A stretch of 58,002 nucleotides of DNA. Origin: Chiloscyllium plagiosum. Its lineage: Eukaryota. This document shows, piece by piece, positions 23,801-36,610 of this stretch. The translations under genes and the position numbers were made by a program. Under the pieces are notes generated by a model. It was given only the letters and a program-made list of their open reading frames with translations. It made no database searches and was not told where the DNA came from. The stretch spans positions 1,061,909 to 1,119,910 of the forward strand of contig NW_025215381.1 of the NCBI RefSeq assembly GCF_004010195.1. The letters run 5' to 3'. Each line of letters starts with the position of its first letter. Position 1 is the stretch's first letter.

Positions 23801-25186
23801 AAATGTTACAACATCGACTAACTGCAGTACACCTTTCTCATTGGCTGTAATGCTTTCTGTGATGTCTTGAGACTACGATAGGTGTCAATTTAAAACAAAA
23901 ATCAAATGAGTGTTGTCTCCCAAAGGCAGTAATTGTGCATTGCCTCCAATGGAGGGAAGGAAAAGGCATAGCTGTGCTTTAGAATTCGGGGCTAAAGTGA
24001 ACAAAGGATATGGGGAACAAACAGAAGCAGTCTGCTCCCCACATCCTGATCAGATTGAACAGCAGAGTAGGTTCAAAGGGCTAAATGGCCGCCTTTATTC
24101 TATGTTTCTATCTGTTGCCTTGCGTAGTTGAGGGTCCCACCAAGAGTCACTGCAATGGAGTGCCTGTTTGGTTGAGGGAACTATTGGGACAATGGGCTTT
24201 GGTTCACAACAGATAGAACCAGAAGAACATGTCAGTTGAGGAGCTGGAGGCATTGTTGGCACACCAAATACTTCCCATTTCTGACTCTTGTTCTTGGTCA
24301 CACCACAGACAATATTCTCTGGTTCTGGGAATCCATCCTGACACACCTGTAGGAATTTTGTGAACTTTTATCGAACCACCTCTTATTGTTTGAAACTCTC
24401 GAGAACTCAGTTTTCCCCGAAGACAATCCCACCCTCTAGGGAATAATCTAGTGAAACCTGGTTGCACTCCTTCTATGATAAGTATATCATAGAGACAGAA
24501 CTGTGCCCAGTGCTCCAGGTGAGATCTCCCCAAGGCTTTGTGCAATTGCAGCAAGTTTCTGTTATTTCTGTACTCAAATCCCAGCCTACTTTCTAATCAC
24601 TCGACTGCACCTGCATTTAGTGACTCATGGACAAGAACACCCAAACTTACCAGCCTCCCAATATTCTCCCTTTTTGTTCTCAACTGGAGGAGAAGGCTTT
24701 GTTGGGATTGCAATATCTCAGTAATACAGGGGACCATTGACTGCTTCCACAGGATTCATGACGGTACAGAGAGGTAGAGGACACATTCGATATATCCCAA
24801 CATTGTACCTTCAGCCTGAAGTATTCAGCCGTTCCCACTGTTTGCTGACCACAGCACTGACTAGAGGCGTAGCTGTTCAGAGATAAGGCCAGAGACTGGC
24901 CACTTAACGTATGGCCAGTCACACCCTCCCTGCTTCTTTTGGGTGTTCGCACTCTGCACTGCTCCCTGACATTCTCAGAGCGCTCGTATCCCAGCTGGTG
25001 GCTGCCAGTGAGGCTGGTATTCACCAAAACTGAGTGAGTGCCTCAATCTATCTGGTGGTGCAGTGCCCATCATAGCTGAACAGCTGGAGGGGTGTGGGGG
25101 CAAAGGGAGTGGCTGTTGGTGCTGTGTGTAATAGATGCCTTCACTGCGGGCACAGTGTTTTACAGCACAGCTGGCAAATTACAAAG

Positions 25187-25343
25187 TGAAAAATCACACA
25201 ACGCCAGGTTATAGTCCAGCCACCTGATGAAGGAGAGTCGCTCCGAAAGCTAGTGCTTCCAGATAAACCTGTTGGACTATAACCTGGTGTTGTGTGATTT
25301 TTAACTTTGTACACCCCAGCCCAACACCGGCTCCTCCAAATCG
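25187..25343 (+). mobile_element. Short Penelope-like insertion with intact-looking minimal hammerhead and 15-bp flanking direct repeat
   Basis: cac-CTGATGA(25224)-aggag-agtcg-ctcc-GAAA-GCTA-gtg; tggcaaattacaaag at 25172-25186 and 25344-25358. Confidence 0.7.
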
Positions 25344-25723
25344 TGGCAAATTACAAAGGCACAACTCAACAAATGAAGGTGTGGCACAAGTCTGTGTCGT
25401 CTCTCCTCATTGGGAACTGGGCAGATTACCCACTGTGAGGCCCAGAAACTGAAATCAGAAGCAGAAAAACAATCAGATCACTACGCAAAACCTTGGGTAG
25501 TGTGTTATCAATGACCTGGAGTCATATGTATAATAACATTGGAATATTTTATAAATAATACTGTTTATTACTAGGTAAGATTTTACAGTTTAAAGATATA
25601 ATTGGTTCCAGTGAATCTCTTGTATCTGAATGAACACATTATGGTTTCAAGGCCTACTCTAGAGGCTTGAACCCATAGTACATCTGGTCCTTCCAGAGAA
25701 GGTTATGAGGGAGTGCAGCACCA

Positions 25724-26915
25724 TTTTTTTTTGTGTACATATTTTTATTGAAAAACTTTTAAAAATCTTTTACAAAACATTTATATAAAAAAAACAGAAA
25801 GAAATACCGCGCAAAGAACAAGGCCATAACATAGTACCATTGTTACTGAACAACCCACTATTCCACCAAAATAAACCCACCTACTTCATTAAAACTAAAC
25901 TACAAACATATTGAATAAATACTAGCTTAAATTACATTCAAGTTACTTAAAATAGATAATGCCTTACTATTTTATTCTGTCTTACTTATCACACCTCCAC
26001 TGAGGCTCCCATCCCTGGGAGTACCCCCTCCAGTACCCATATTCTTTTCCTTCCAGTCTCCTCCTCCCAGGGCCCCACGCGCGCCCATAAAGATTCCCAC
26101 GGCTGTACCACGGCCCTGACGAACATTGTCGACAAGTCAGTGTCAATATAATTTAGAAAGGGCCGCCACACCCTATATCCGTTTTGTGGTGCACCATATT
26201 TGTGAGGTAGTCTTGGGGGAGATGCTCCCTCACCAGCTTACGCCACCCTGGAAGACCTGGTGGTTTTTCTGACGTTCAATTTAGTAAAATGATCTTCCTC
26301 GTGCAATGGGCAAGGATATTGCACAGTCTCTTCCCATGTTCTCCCAGAGAGGGCAAGTTTAGCAGCCCCGAAAGATGAATTACTGGATCCATGTTAATTT
26401 CAATCCCCAGAATGTCTCTTTAACTCCCTTACTATAGTACTCTTTGGATCCTGCAACAATGTGTGGGAGTGCCTATACTAATTTTACATACAGGACATTC
26501 TGGTGACACTCCTCTCTTAAACTTAGCTAGCCTTTCTGGTGCCTGTGTAAGATCTTCAATTGCACAGCCTGTGCTCTGTTACAGCCCGAGATTTTCCTTA
26601 CATTCCCCTAGGTATCTTCCCATATCGCCGGCCAGTAGCAGTGGTGGACTCTCCCTCTTTATGGGCATTTAAACGGGCATTGGATAGGCATATGGAGGAT
26701 AGTGGGCTAGTATAGGTTAGGTGGGCTTGGATCGGCGCAACATCGTGGGCCAAAGGGCCTGTACTGCGCTGTATTTTTCTATGTTCTATGTTCTATGAAA
26801 CGTCCTGTCCTAACTCTCGGTTCCACGTCATACAGAGTCCTTCCACATCCCCCAGAGCACGGCCTTTCTGTAAATGATAGAAAGTGCTAAGTGAAAGAGC
26901 ACCCATACACCAAAA
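25724..26915 (-). mobile_element. L1-clade LINE 3' end with poly(A), interrupted by a young CR1 tail (~26645-26797, +)
   Basis: Poly-T at 25724 plus tttatt (AATAAA on minus); 'WRPFLNYID' ORF2 C-terminus; inserted CR1 tail nearly identical to the 3902-4045 copy. Confidence 0.65.
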
Positions 26916-27265
26916 CCATCTATTTTTTTATTCATCCACAGGATGTGCACATCCTGGCCAGGCCAGGACCTATTGCCCATCTCTCAATTGCCCAGGGCCC
27001 ATTTGAGAGTCAACCACATTGCTGTGGTTCTGGAGTAATTTGTAGGCCACAGACCAATGATGGCTGGCAGATTTCCTTCCCTGAAGAGTGTTGATGAACG
27101 AGATGAGATTTTCCAACATTTGGCAATGTTTTCATTTTCATCATTACACTCTTAATCCGCCAGGACAGGATTAGAACTCAAATGGGTCCCCAGAACATTA
27201 ACTCTGTCTTTGCATTAGTAGGTCCAGTCATAACACCACTAGACCATTGCCTCCATCAGTGGACT

Positions 27266-27910
27266 AATACTGAGGGAGCACTACACTGTCAGAGGGTCAG
27301 TACTGAGGGAGTGCCGCACTGTCAGAGGGTCAGTACTGAGGGAGTGCCGCACTGTCAGAGGGTCAGTGCTGAGGGAGTGCACACTGTCAGTGGGTCAGTA
27401 CTGAGGGAGTGCTGCACTGTCAGAGGGTCAGTGCTGAGGGAGTGCACACTGTCAGTGGGTCAGTACTGAGGGAGTGCTGCACTGTCAGAGGGTCAGTGCT
27501 GAGGGAGTGCTACACTGTCAGAGGGTCAGTACTGAGGGAGTGCTGCACTGTCAGAGGGTCAGTACTGAGGGAGTGCTACACTGTCAGTGGGTCAGTACTG
27601 AGGGAGTGCTGCACTGTCAGAGGGTCAGTGCTGATTGAGTGCCGCACTGTTAGATGGTCAGTGCTGAGAGAGTGCTGCGCGATCAGTGCTGAGGGAGTGC
27701 TGCACTGTCAGAGGGTCAGTAATGAGGGAGTGCCGCATTGTCAGAGGGTCAGTACTGAGGGAATGCTGCATTGTCAGAGGGTCAGTGCTGAGGGAGCGCT
27801 GCACTGTCAGAGGGTCAGTAATGAGGGAGCGCTGCACTGTCAGAGGGGTAGTGCTGAGGGAGTGCTGCACTGTCAGAGGGTCAGTACTGAGGGAGTGCTG
27901 CACTGTCAGA
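27266..27910 (+). repeat. 33-bp minisatellite (~19 copies) derived from a Deu-domain SINE core
   Basis: Unit cagtactgagggagtgctgcactgtcagagggt; continues into SINE-like core at 27995-28110. Confidence 0.85.
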
Positions 27911-28579
27911 GGGGGCTTATGCCCAAAACGTCGATTCTGCTGTTCCCTGGATGCTGCCTGACCTGCTGCGCTTTTCCAGCAACATATTTCCAATACTGAG
28001 GGAGCACTACATTGCCGGAGGGTCAGTACTGAGGGATCCCTGCACTCTCAGAGGTACCATTTTGCAGTTGAGATGTTAACCTCAGAAATTGTCAAAGATC
28101 CCAATGGTGCTAATGCTCAATATGCTTCCCCTGATGTCCCTCAACTAATACCAACTGATGGGGAGAAAAACAGCCATGATCTCACTGGAGTTGCTGCATA
28201 TTTGCTGCCTGTGTGTTGGCTGCTACTTTTCATTGGCTATATATTGGCATACTTCATTGACTGTAAAGTTCTCTGGGATGTCTTTAGGTGTGTCTGCTTG
28301 TGCCCTGGTCACATCTTCTGGTTTTAATTAATTGCACAGCAGATGTTTAAAGGTGTTTGCGTTCACTGCAGCCTGCCTAGTTTGAAGACTGTCCCCTTTT
28401 AAATTTAAATTACCCATGATTAATGTCTCATGTCCCTCACAAAACTAATGTAGTACAAGCAGTGCCCACTAGGGGCAGCACAACATTAACAAAAGGGAAG
28501 GTCTGGGAAAGGAGGTGGTGATAACTTCAAATGGAGTTGGAGGGGAAGAATACATCAAAAGATTTGGAATGATAGAGAC

Positions 28580-28863
28580 CTAGAGTGTGAAAACAGGCCA
28601 CACCAACCCTCCAAAGAGTAACCCACCTAGACCCGTTTCTCCTGACTAACACACCTAGCCGACACATCTCTGATCACTATGGGGTAATTAAGCATTGCCA
28701 ATCTACCCTAACCTATACATCTTTGGACTGTGGGAGGAAACTAGAGTACCAAGAGAAAGCCCACGCAGACACAGGGAGAATGTGCAAACTCCACACAGAC
28801 AGTTGCCTGAGGTGGGAATCGAACCCAGGTCCCTGGTGCTGTGCGGCAGCAGTGCTAACCACT
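28580..28863 (-). mobile_element. HE1 SINE
   Basis: Reverse complement of the HE1 core. Confidence 0.85.
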
Positions 28864-29267
28864 TTGCCTGATTCTCCATTGTAACTGTGAAGGTGGCCCA
28901 GAGGAACACTGATTACAGTGATTGTTTCCTTGCCCTTTACAGTGAGCAGTACAATTTGTAAAACTCCCTCCACTGAAAACAGACTAGACTCACTCATCAA
29001 AGGGGTTCTTTGTGGGACCTTACTGTGCACAATGTCCCTGAGCTGCTGGGCTGAAGGCGGCTGCAAAGTGCATGTTCTTAGGTTTTGAGAAATGCTGTCA
29101 GACACCAACTACTGTGCATTCTAACCAGTGTGGGTGAGCTCTGATGATACAGCCAGTTCCAACCATACTAAGCACTGGGAATTTCCTGGATTGTGGGCAG
29201 TAGGTGCAGTTGTTCGGTGAGCCACACCCAGAGAGATGTAAACTGACATTGCGTTCTCTAATTCCAG

Positions 29268-29375
29268 TCAAAAGAAATCTCAGTCCTGGGATGAAATGAA
29301 CATATTGTCCACGTACAAACCTCCAGGAAAGGACTATGGACTCATGAACATTGATGAACCTAAAACTCCTTATAG
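29268..29375 (+). CDS. PPP1R2: Protein phosphatase inhibitor 2-like, coding exon 2 ([36 protein letters not shown])
   Basis: Strong match to the I-2 core [34 protein letters not shown]; 108 nt, ttccag| ... tag|gtaata, phase 2-2. Confidence 0.95.
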
Positions 29376-29489
29376 GTAATACGGCCTGCTTGGAATAAAG
29401 TGAACATTTACAGATTCCATTGTTTGATATTGATTTAAGCTGATGCTACTATTGGACAAGCCAGATCCTACAATTAAACCTGGCTTACA

Positions 29490-31440
29490 GTCATAGAGTT
29501 GTACAGCATGGAAACAGACCCTTCGGTCCAACTCGTCGATGCTGACCACAAATCCTACATTAATCTAATCCCATTTGCCAGCACTTGGCCCATATTGCTC
29601 TAAACCCTTCCTATTCCTGTACCCATCCAGATGCCTTTTAAATGCTGTAATTGTACCAGCTTCCACCACTTCCTCTGGCAAAAGTGAGGACTGCAGATGC
29701 TGGAAATCAGAGTCTAGGTTAGAGTGGTGCTGGAAAAACACAGCAGGTCAGGCAGCAGCCGAGGAGCAGGAAAATCAACGTTTCAGGCAAAAGCCCCTCA
29801 TTAGGACTGAAGGGCTTTTGCCCGAAACATTCATTTTCCTGCTCCTCGGCTGCTGCCTGACCTGCTGTGTTTTTCCAGCACCACTCTAACCTAGACCCCC
29901 ACTTCCTCTGGTAGCTCATTCCATACATGCACCACCCTCTGTGTGAAAAGGTTGCCCCTTAGGTCCCTTTTATATCATTCCCCTCTCACCCTAAGCCTTT
30001 GCCTTTTAGTTTTGGATTCTCCGACTGTTGGAGAAAAGGGTAATTGACCGATCACTCTATCCATGCCCCTGATGATTTTAGGAACCTCTATAAGGTTTCT
30101 ATCAGCTTCTGAGGCTCCAAGAAAAAGGCCTATCCAGCCTTTCCCTATAGCTCAAACCCAGCAACATCCTTGTAAATCTTTTCTGAACCCTTTCAAGTTT
30201 AACAACATCTTTCCTATAGCAGAGAGACCAGAATTGAGTGCAGTATTCCAAAAGTGGCCTAACCAATGTCCAGTACATCATGACCTCCCAACTCCTATAC
30301 TCAATGCACTGACCAATAAAGACAGAGAAACATTGAGCTAGGAGCAGGAGGAGGCCATTCAGCCCTTCAAATCTGCTCCACCATTCATCACGATCATAGC
30401 CAATCGCCCAACTCAATAGCCTAATCCTGCTTTCTCCCCATAACCTTTGATCCCATTTGCCCCAAGTGCTATATCTCGCTGTCTCTTGAATGCACTCAAT
30501 GTTTTGGCATCATTCCTGTGGTAATGAATTCTATTGGCTCACCGCTGTTTGGGTGAAGAAATGTCTCCTCACCTCCAGGCTGAATGGTCCACACTGAATC
30601 TTCAGACTATAACACCTAGTTCCGGATACCCCCACCATCGGGAACATCCTCCCTCCATCTACCCTGTCCAGCCCCTGTTAGAATGTTATAATTCTATATG
30701 AGATGGCCCTCACTTATCTGAACTCCAGTGAAAACAATCCTAACCTGGCGAATCGCTCCTCATACGTCAGCCCCACCATCCCCGGAGTCAGCCTGGGAAA
30801 CCTTCACTGCACTTCCTCAAGAGCAAGACCATCCTTCCTCAGAAAAGGAGACCAAACCTGCCCGCAATATTCTCGGTGTGGCCTCACCAAGGCCTTGTAT
30901 AACTGCAGCAGCACATCCCTCTGCTCCTGGACTCGAAACCTCTCGCAATGAAGGCCAACATACCATTTGCCTTCCTTACCGCATGCTTCCCTTCAGTGAG
31001 TGGTACACAAGGACACCCAGATCCCACTGCACACGCTCCTCTCCCAATTGACACCCATTCAGGTAGTAGTCTCCCTTCTTGTTTTTGCTTACAGAGTGAA
31101 TAATCTCACATTTGTCTGAATTATGCTGCATCTGCCATTGATGTGCCTGCTCACCCAAAGTGTCATGCTAAAGGATCTCTGCATCCTCATCCAGTTCACC
31201 CTTCCACCCAACTTGGTGTCATCTACAAACGTTAGATTTCGTTCCCCCATCCAAATCATTAATATATATTGTAAATAGCAGGTAATGTCCTGTACAGCTC
31301 CCAACCCGTGTACTCAATGCTCTGTCCAATAAAGGAAAGCATACCAAACGCTGCCTTCACTATCCTATCTACCTGCGGCTTCACTTTCAAGGAGCTATGA
31401 ACCTGCACTCCAAGGTCTCTTTGTACAGCAACACTCCCCA
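29490..31440 (-). mobile_element. Cluster of nested CR1/HER1 3' fragments
   Basis: 'VRPLLEYCTQFWS..KDVVKLERVQKRFTRML', 'QWQMQHNSDKCEIIH'. Confidence 0.8.
29679..29898. mobile_element. Palindromic Penelope-like insertion (~85-bp arms) with 13-bp TSD, inside a CR1 tail
   Basis: Arms 29712-29800 and 29808-29896; TSD ccacttcctctgg at 29666-29678 and 29899-29911. Confidence 0.8.
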
Positions 31441-31640
31441 GGAGTGTATATATCTTACCTGATATTTCTCAATGTCCTTCTGAAGTTCACCACTGTCCCT
31501 ATCACGGTTCGTATTGTTCTGCAGCAGTGTGTGGTGAGATCTCAAGATACGTTCGATATCAGTTTCAGGATTTGTGTGCGAATGTGTCAAACATCTTGCA
31601 TGCCCAAATGCTAACGTCCATTTGCGCCCACCCCTGTCAG

Positions 31641-31709
31641 ATACGACATCGACGATGAGGCGGGGAGCAGCTCCAATCCCACTTTCTCCATGGAGGAGTT
31701 AGCAGCAAG
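31641..31709 (+). CDS. PPP1R2: Protein phosphatase inhibitor 2-like, coding exon 3 (RYDIDDEAGSSSNPTFSMEELAA)
   Basis: cccctgtcag| ... aag|gtgcgg, phase 2-2, in frame; acidic/Ser segment ending in LAA, like I-2 exon 3. Confidence 0.75.
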
Positions 31710-33029
31710 GTGCGGTAGACGACATTTCTCTGCTGAAATTATTCCCTGCTTGCGGCCAGATTGATGAGACGGTGTGTTGAAGCGCGGAGCTTGGGAGGGA
31801 GGGCGTGCTGGGTGGGTCGCGGGGTATGGCCTGCGGTTTGGTGGGGTGAGGGTGGGGTTAGAGTGAGGTAGGATGCAGATCCTCTCCCTTGCCGTGACGT
31901 TTGCACTCATAGTTCTAAACCAACGCGGTGGGGGGCTGGGGGGGGGGGGGGAGGAGAGTGAACCCGCGGAGGCAGTCTGGATGATTCACCCTCACCCTCT
32001 TCCACCTCCTGGTTACCTTCACTAACTCCACCCTGGATGATGGTGAACCTTCAGAGACTGCTCACAAAACAATGTTAATGCTGGCAGACTGCAAGCACCT
32101 AGTCCTGTGCTCTTGTTAGGAGAATATGACTCAGAAGCCGAAGACGGTTGACCAAGTCGGCCAATAAGAGCTCAGTTGATCTTATTACTGTGCTCCACCA
32201 CCTGCTACTGATGACCTTTCACCCCCTTCTGTCCAAAATATAGTCAAACACTCGCTTCCACCTCCTTTGCAAGAGGGAATTGCAAAGCCTCATGACACGT
32301 TTCCTCTCTAATTTGTCTTAAATGAACAACCCTTTGTTTTTAAAACATGAGCTCTAGTTCTGGAATTCCCACACCCTCTCCATAACTATTTTGTCAAGAT
32401 CCCTCAGGAAACTTTACTGATTTCAATCAAGTCATGTGTCACATTCCAAAACCCCAGCAGATACAAGCCCATCCAGCCCATGGGACAACCCACCTATTCC
32501 AGGGATTAACCCCAGTAGACCTTCTCTGAATTGTCCCCAATCCTTCCTGAAGAAAGATTATAATCTCGGGATTACTCCCTGTGCCATGTGCTAGTGAGGC
32601 CAGATCGAGGAAGCTAATACGGTTGAGTGTGTGGATCAAGAGTTGATATAGGAGGGAAGGATTCAGATGTCTGAATCATTGGGATCTCTTCCAGGGCAAG
32701 TGGGAATGGTACAAGATTGCACCGAAATTGGATGGGCACCAATATCATTGCAGGCAGGCTGGCCATTGCTGCTCAAGAGGGGGTGAGAACCAGGTGAAAG
32801 TTGCTGGGAATTAGAGTCTAGATTAGAGTGGTGCTGGAAAAACACAGCAGGTCAGGCAGCATCCGAGGAGCAGGAAAATCAATGTTTCGGGCAAATGCTG
32901 TTCATCAGGAGTGGGGTGGGAACCAGAGCAGTAGGTCAACATCTAGAGTGAAGAGAAGGGACGAGCTAAAGCAAGGAACTTTAATAGAAAGAACAGGCAG
33001 GGCCAAGCCAATGAACATGGTGGGACTAG

Positions 33030-36000
33030 TGGTCTGAAGTGTATTTATTTAAATGCAAGGACTAGAACAGGTAAGGTGGAGGAGCTTCAAGTCTGTGTTG
33101 GTACTTGAGATTATGAAATGGTTGCCTTTACAGAAACTTAGTTGAGAATAGGGCAGGACTGACAGCTCAGGGGTTTAGATGTTTCAGGCAAGATAAAGAG
33201 GGGTGTAAAAGGGGTTGGGGGAGATGGATTACTGATTATGGAGAATGTCACAGCTGTGACTAAGAGAGGACACCTTCGAGGCAAATGGGTAGAAGTTAGG
33301 AATAAGAAATGTGCAAGCACTAAGGTGGGGATATCTTATCGTCCTCCAGATAGCCAACAGGAAATGGCAGAACAGATATGTAAGCAGATCATGGAAAAAT
33401 GGAAAAGCTATACAGTTGTGGGCAGCGGGAGATTTTAATTTCCTCAATATTTACTGAAGGCCAGGGTTTAGATGGGGCAGAATTTGTTCAGTGCATCCAG
33501 GAGGGATACGAAATGTATCCAGCTAGGGAAGGGGCCAGGTAAGTGGCCTTGTATTAGGAAATGAGCCTAGCCAAGTGATGGAAGTTTCATGAGAGAGTAT
33601 TTTGGGTACTATGTAAGCTTTAAGATAGTTATGGAGAAGGCTAATGCTATCCTCGTGTGAAAGTGCTAAATTGGGGAAAGTTAATTACCATAGTATTAGG
33701 CAACAACTTGAAACATTGGACTGTGGACTCCTTTTTGAAGGTATTTGACATGGGAGCCTTTTAAAAACCAGTTGACCAGAGTTCAGGACCTGCACGATCC
33801 TATGAGGATATAAGACAAGGATGGCAACACTTGGGAAACTTAGATGACGAGAAGCGTTGTAAGTTTAGTTGAAAAGATAAAGGAAGCTTATATAAGGTTT
33901 CGGAAACAGAAATGAAATGAGGACTATAAAGTAAGCAGGAGAAAGATCTTCTTCAGGAGGAAAGTGCTGGAGGTCTTCAAAAACATAAAAGGTGGATAAA
34001 TCTCCGGGACCTGATCAAGTATATCCCAGGGCTTTGTGGGAAGTGAGGGAAGAAATTGCAGGGCTCCCGAGCAGAAAAGATATGAGCGGCAATTTCTTTA
34101 CACAGAGAATAGATTGTGTGTGGATCGAACCGCCAGAGGAAGTTGGGATATGGGGACAGTCACAGCATTTAAAAGACATTGAGATAACTACATGAGATGG
34201 AAAGCTGATTGGATACAAAAATGACAGCGGGTGGAGGGTTGTGCTTTGGACTGGAGGCCTATGACCAGCAGAGTTCTACAGGGATTGCTGGGTATGTTTT
34301 TGTTTGTCATTTGTATAAATGATTTGGATTAGAACATTGGAGGCATGGTTAGTAAGTTTGAGGATGACACCAAAATGGACAGTGAAGAAGGTTATCTAAA
34401 ATGACAAAGAGATCTTGATCGACTGGGTCAGTGGGCTGAGGAGTGGCAAAAGGAGTTTAATTTGGATAAATTTGAGGTATTACAGTTTTGTAAAACAAAC
34501 AAGGGCAGGGCTTATACAATTAATGGTCGGGCCCTGGGTAATGTTGTAGAACAGAGGGACCCAGAGGTTCAGGTACATAATTCTTTGAAATTTGACCACG
34601 TATAGATAGGTTGAAATCTTTACACAAACCTTGAATGAATAAGGAAGGGTTGGGGGAATATGGCCAAAGGCAGGCATATGGAACTAGGTCAGTTTGGTGG
34701 CACAGTCAGCGTGGACTAGAGTCATATAGCATGGAAACAGACCCTTTGATCCAACCAGGACACAAGTTGGATGAAAGAACGTGTTTCCATACTGTGTGGT
34801 TCGATGACTATGACTCTAAGAAATTAAGAGGATCAGAAGAGGTCATGAAATGTCCTTGGTAAGGAGGATTAAGGCGAATCCTAAGGTAGTTTGTACGTAT
34901 ATTAGGAGGAAGAGGATTACTAGGGAAAGGGTAGGTTCTCTCAAGGACAAAGGAGTGAATTTATGTGTGGAGCCAGAGGAAGTTGGTAAGATTCTTAGTG
35001 AGTATTTCACATTGGTACTCACCAGGGGGCAGGACATGGATGATGCTAAGTTTAGAGTTGAGTTTGTTGATACTCTAATGCATGTCAATATTAAGAAGAA
35101 GGTGTCTGGAGAAACGTTAAGATCGATAAGTCCCCAGGGCCAGATGGGTTCTATCCCGGGATACTGATGGAGTCACGGGAGGAGATTGCTGAGGCCTGGA
35201 CAGAGACCTTTGTATCCTCTTTAGCCACAGGCGAGGTCCCAGAGGCCTGGGGAATAGCCAACATTGTTCCTTTGCTCAAGAAGGGCAGTGGGGTAATCCA
35301 GGAAAGTACAGGCCAGTGAGCTATCTGTAAGTGGTAGGGAAAGTATTGGAGAAGATTCTTAGGGATAGGATTTCCTTACATTTGGGGAAGAATGGACCTA
35401 TTAGGGATAGTCATCATGGCTTTATGAAAGGAGGTCTTGTTACAGAAAGTGGATTGAATTTTTTTGAGAAAATGATAAAGACGTTGATGAGGGTAGGGCA
35501 GTGGATGTTATCTCCTTGGATTGATAAGGCCCCTCACAGTAGTCTGGTCCTCAAAATCATAGGGTATGGAATCCATTATGAATTAGCAAGTTTGATACAA
35601 AACTGCCTTGGCCATAGACAATAGAGGGGTAGTTATGGAGTTTTTCCGACTGGAGGTCTGTGCCCAGTGGTTTTCCACAAGGATCTGTGTGGGGACCTCT
35701 GTTGTTTATAAGATATAAATGATGTGGGTGAAAATGTCAGTGGTCAATTCGGAAGTTTGTAGATGTCACAAAATTTGTTGGCGTTGTAGATAGTGAGGAA
35801 GGACATGAAAGGACACAGCAGGATATGGATCAGATGGAAAGTTAGGTGGAGAAGTGTCAGGTGGAGTTTAATCCAGGCAAGTGTGAGGTGATTCATTTTG
35901 GGAGGTGAAATGCAAGAGGAAAATATACTAGAAATGGCTGGATCCTTGGGACTATTGATATACAGAGGGACCTTGTCGGCCAAGTCCATACATCCCTGAA

Positions 36001-36610
36001 AGTGGATAAAGAAGGCACATAGTACACTTGCCTTCATCAGTCAGGGCATTGACTTTTAAAGTTGGCAAGTCATGCTGCAACAATATAAGACAATGCTGAG
36101 GTCCCATTCAGAGTACAGTGTGCAGTTCTGGTCACTATAGGAAGGATGTAGAGGCTTTGGAGAGACTGCAGAAGAGGGTTACCAGAATGTTGCCTGGATT
36201 GGAGTATATTAACGATAAGGAGAGGGTGAACAACTTTGGATTGATTTAGTTAGGCTGGACGTTGAGGTTGGGGCAGGCTGGAGTGAAATGCTGGAAGTAT
36301 TAGATTCTCAGGGACAATGGACAAGAGTTGGACTCTGTTTGCCAGGGCAAAATGTCAAATACTATTGGGCATAGGTTTAAGGTGAGAGGCAGAGAATTTA
36401 ATGGAGGTCTACACGGAAGGCTTTTTACCGAGAGGGTAGTGGGTGCCTGGAATGCGCTGCAAAGGGGAGGTGGTAGCAGCAGACATGACAGCAAAACAAA
36501 TGAAGAGGCAGAAAATAGAGGGATCTGGAGCATGCGCAGGCAGATGGGGTTAGTTTCGAATAACATCATGGTCGGCACAGGCATGGTGGGCTGAAGGGTC
36601 TGCTCCTGTG
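33030..36610 (+). mobile_element. Two adjacent decayed CR1 LINE ORF2 segments
   Basis: APE motifs (YLNAR, YRPP, GDFN), DKSPGPD, RT and 3' UTR remnants. Confidence 0.8.

Noticed and set aside
27182..27999. Cys-rich repeat ORFs or a CRISPR-like array
   Set aside because: Tandem 33-bp minisatellite with no unique spacers, in eukaryotic DNA
32121..32151. Possible further PPP1R2 exon (ttgttag|gagaatatgactcagaagcc)
   Set aside because: Stops after three codons in the phase required by exon 3; no I-2 similarity
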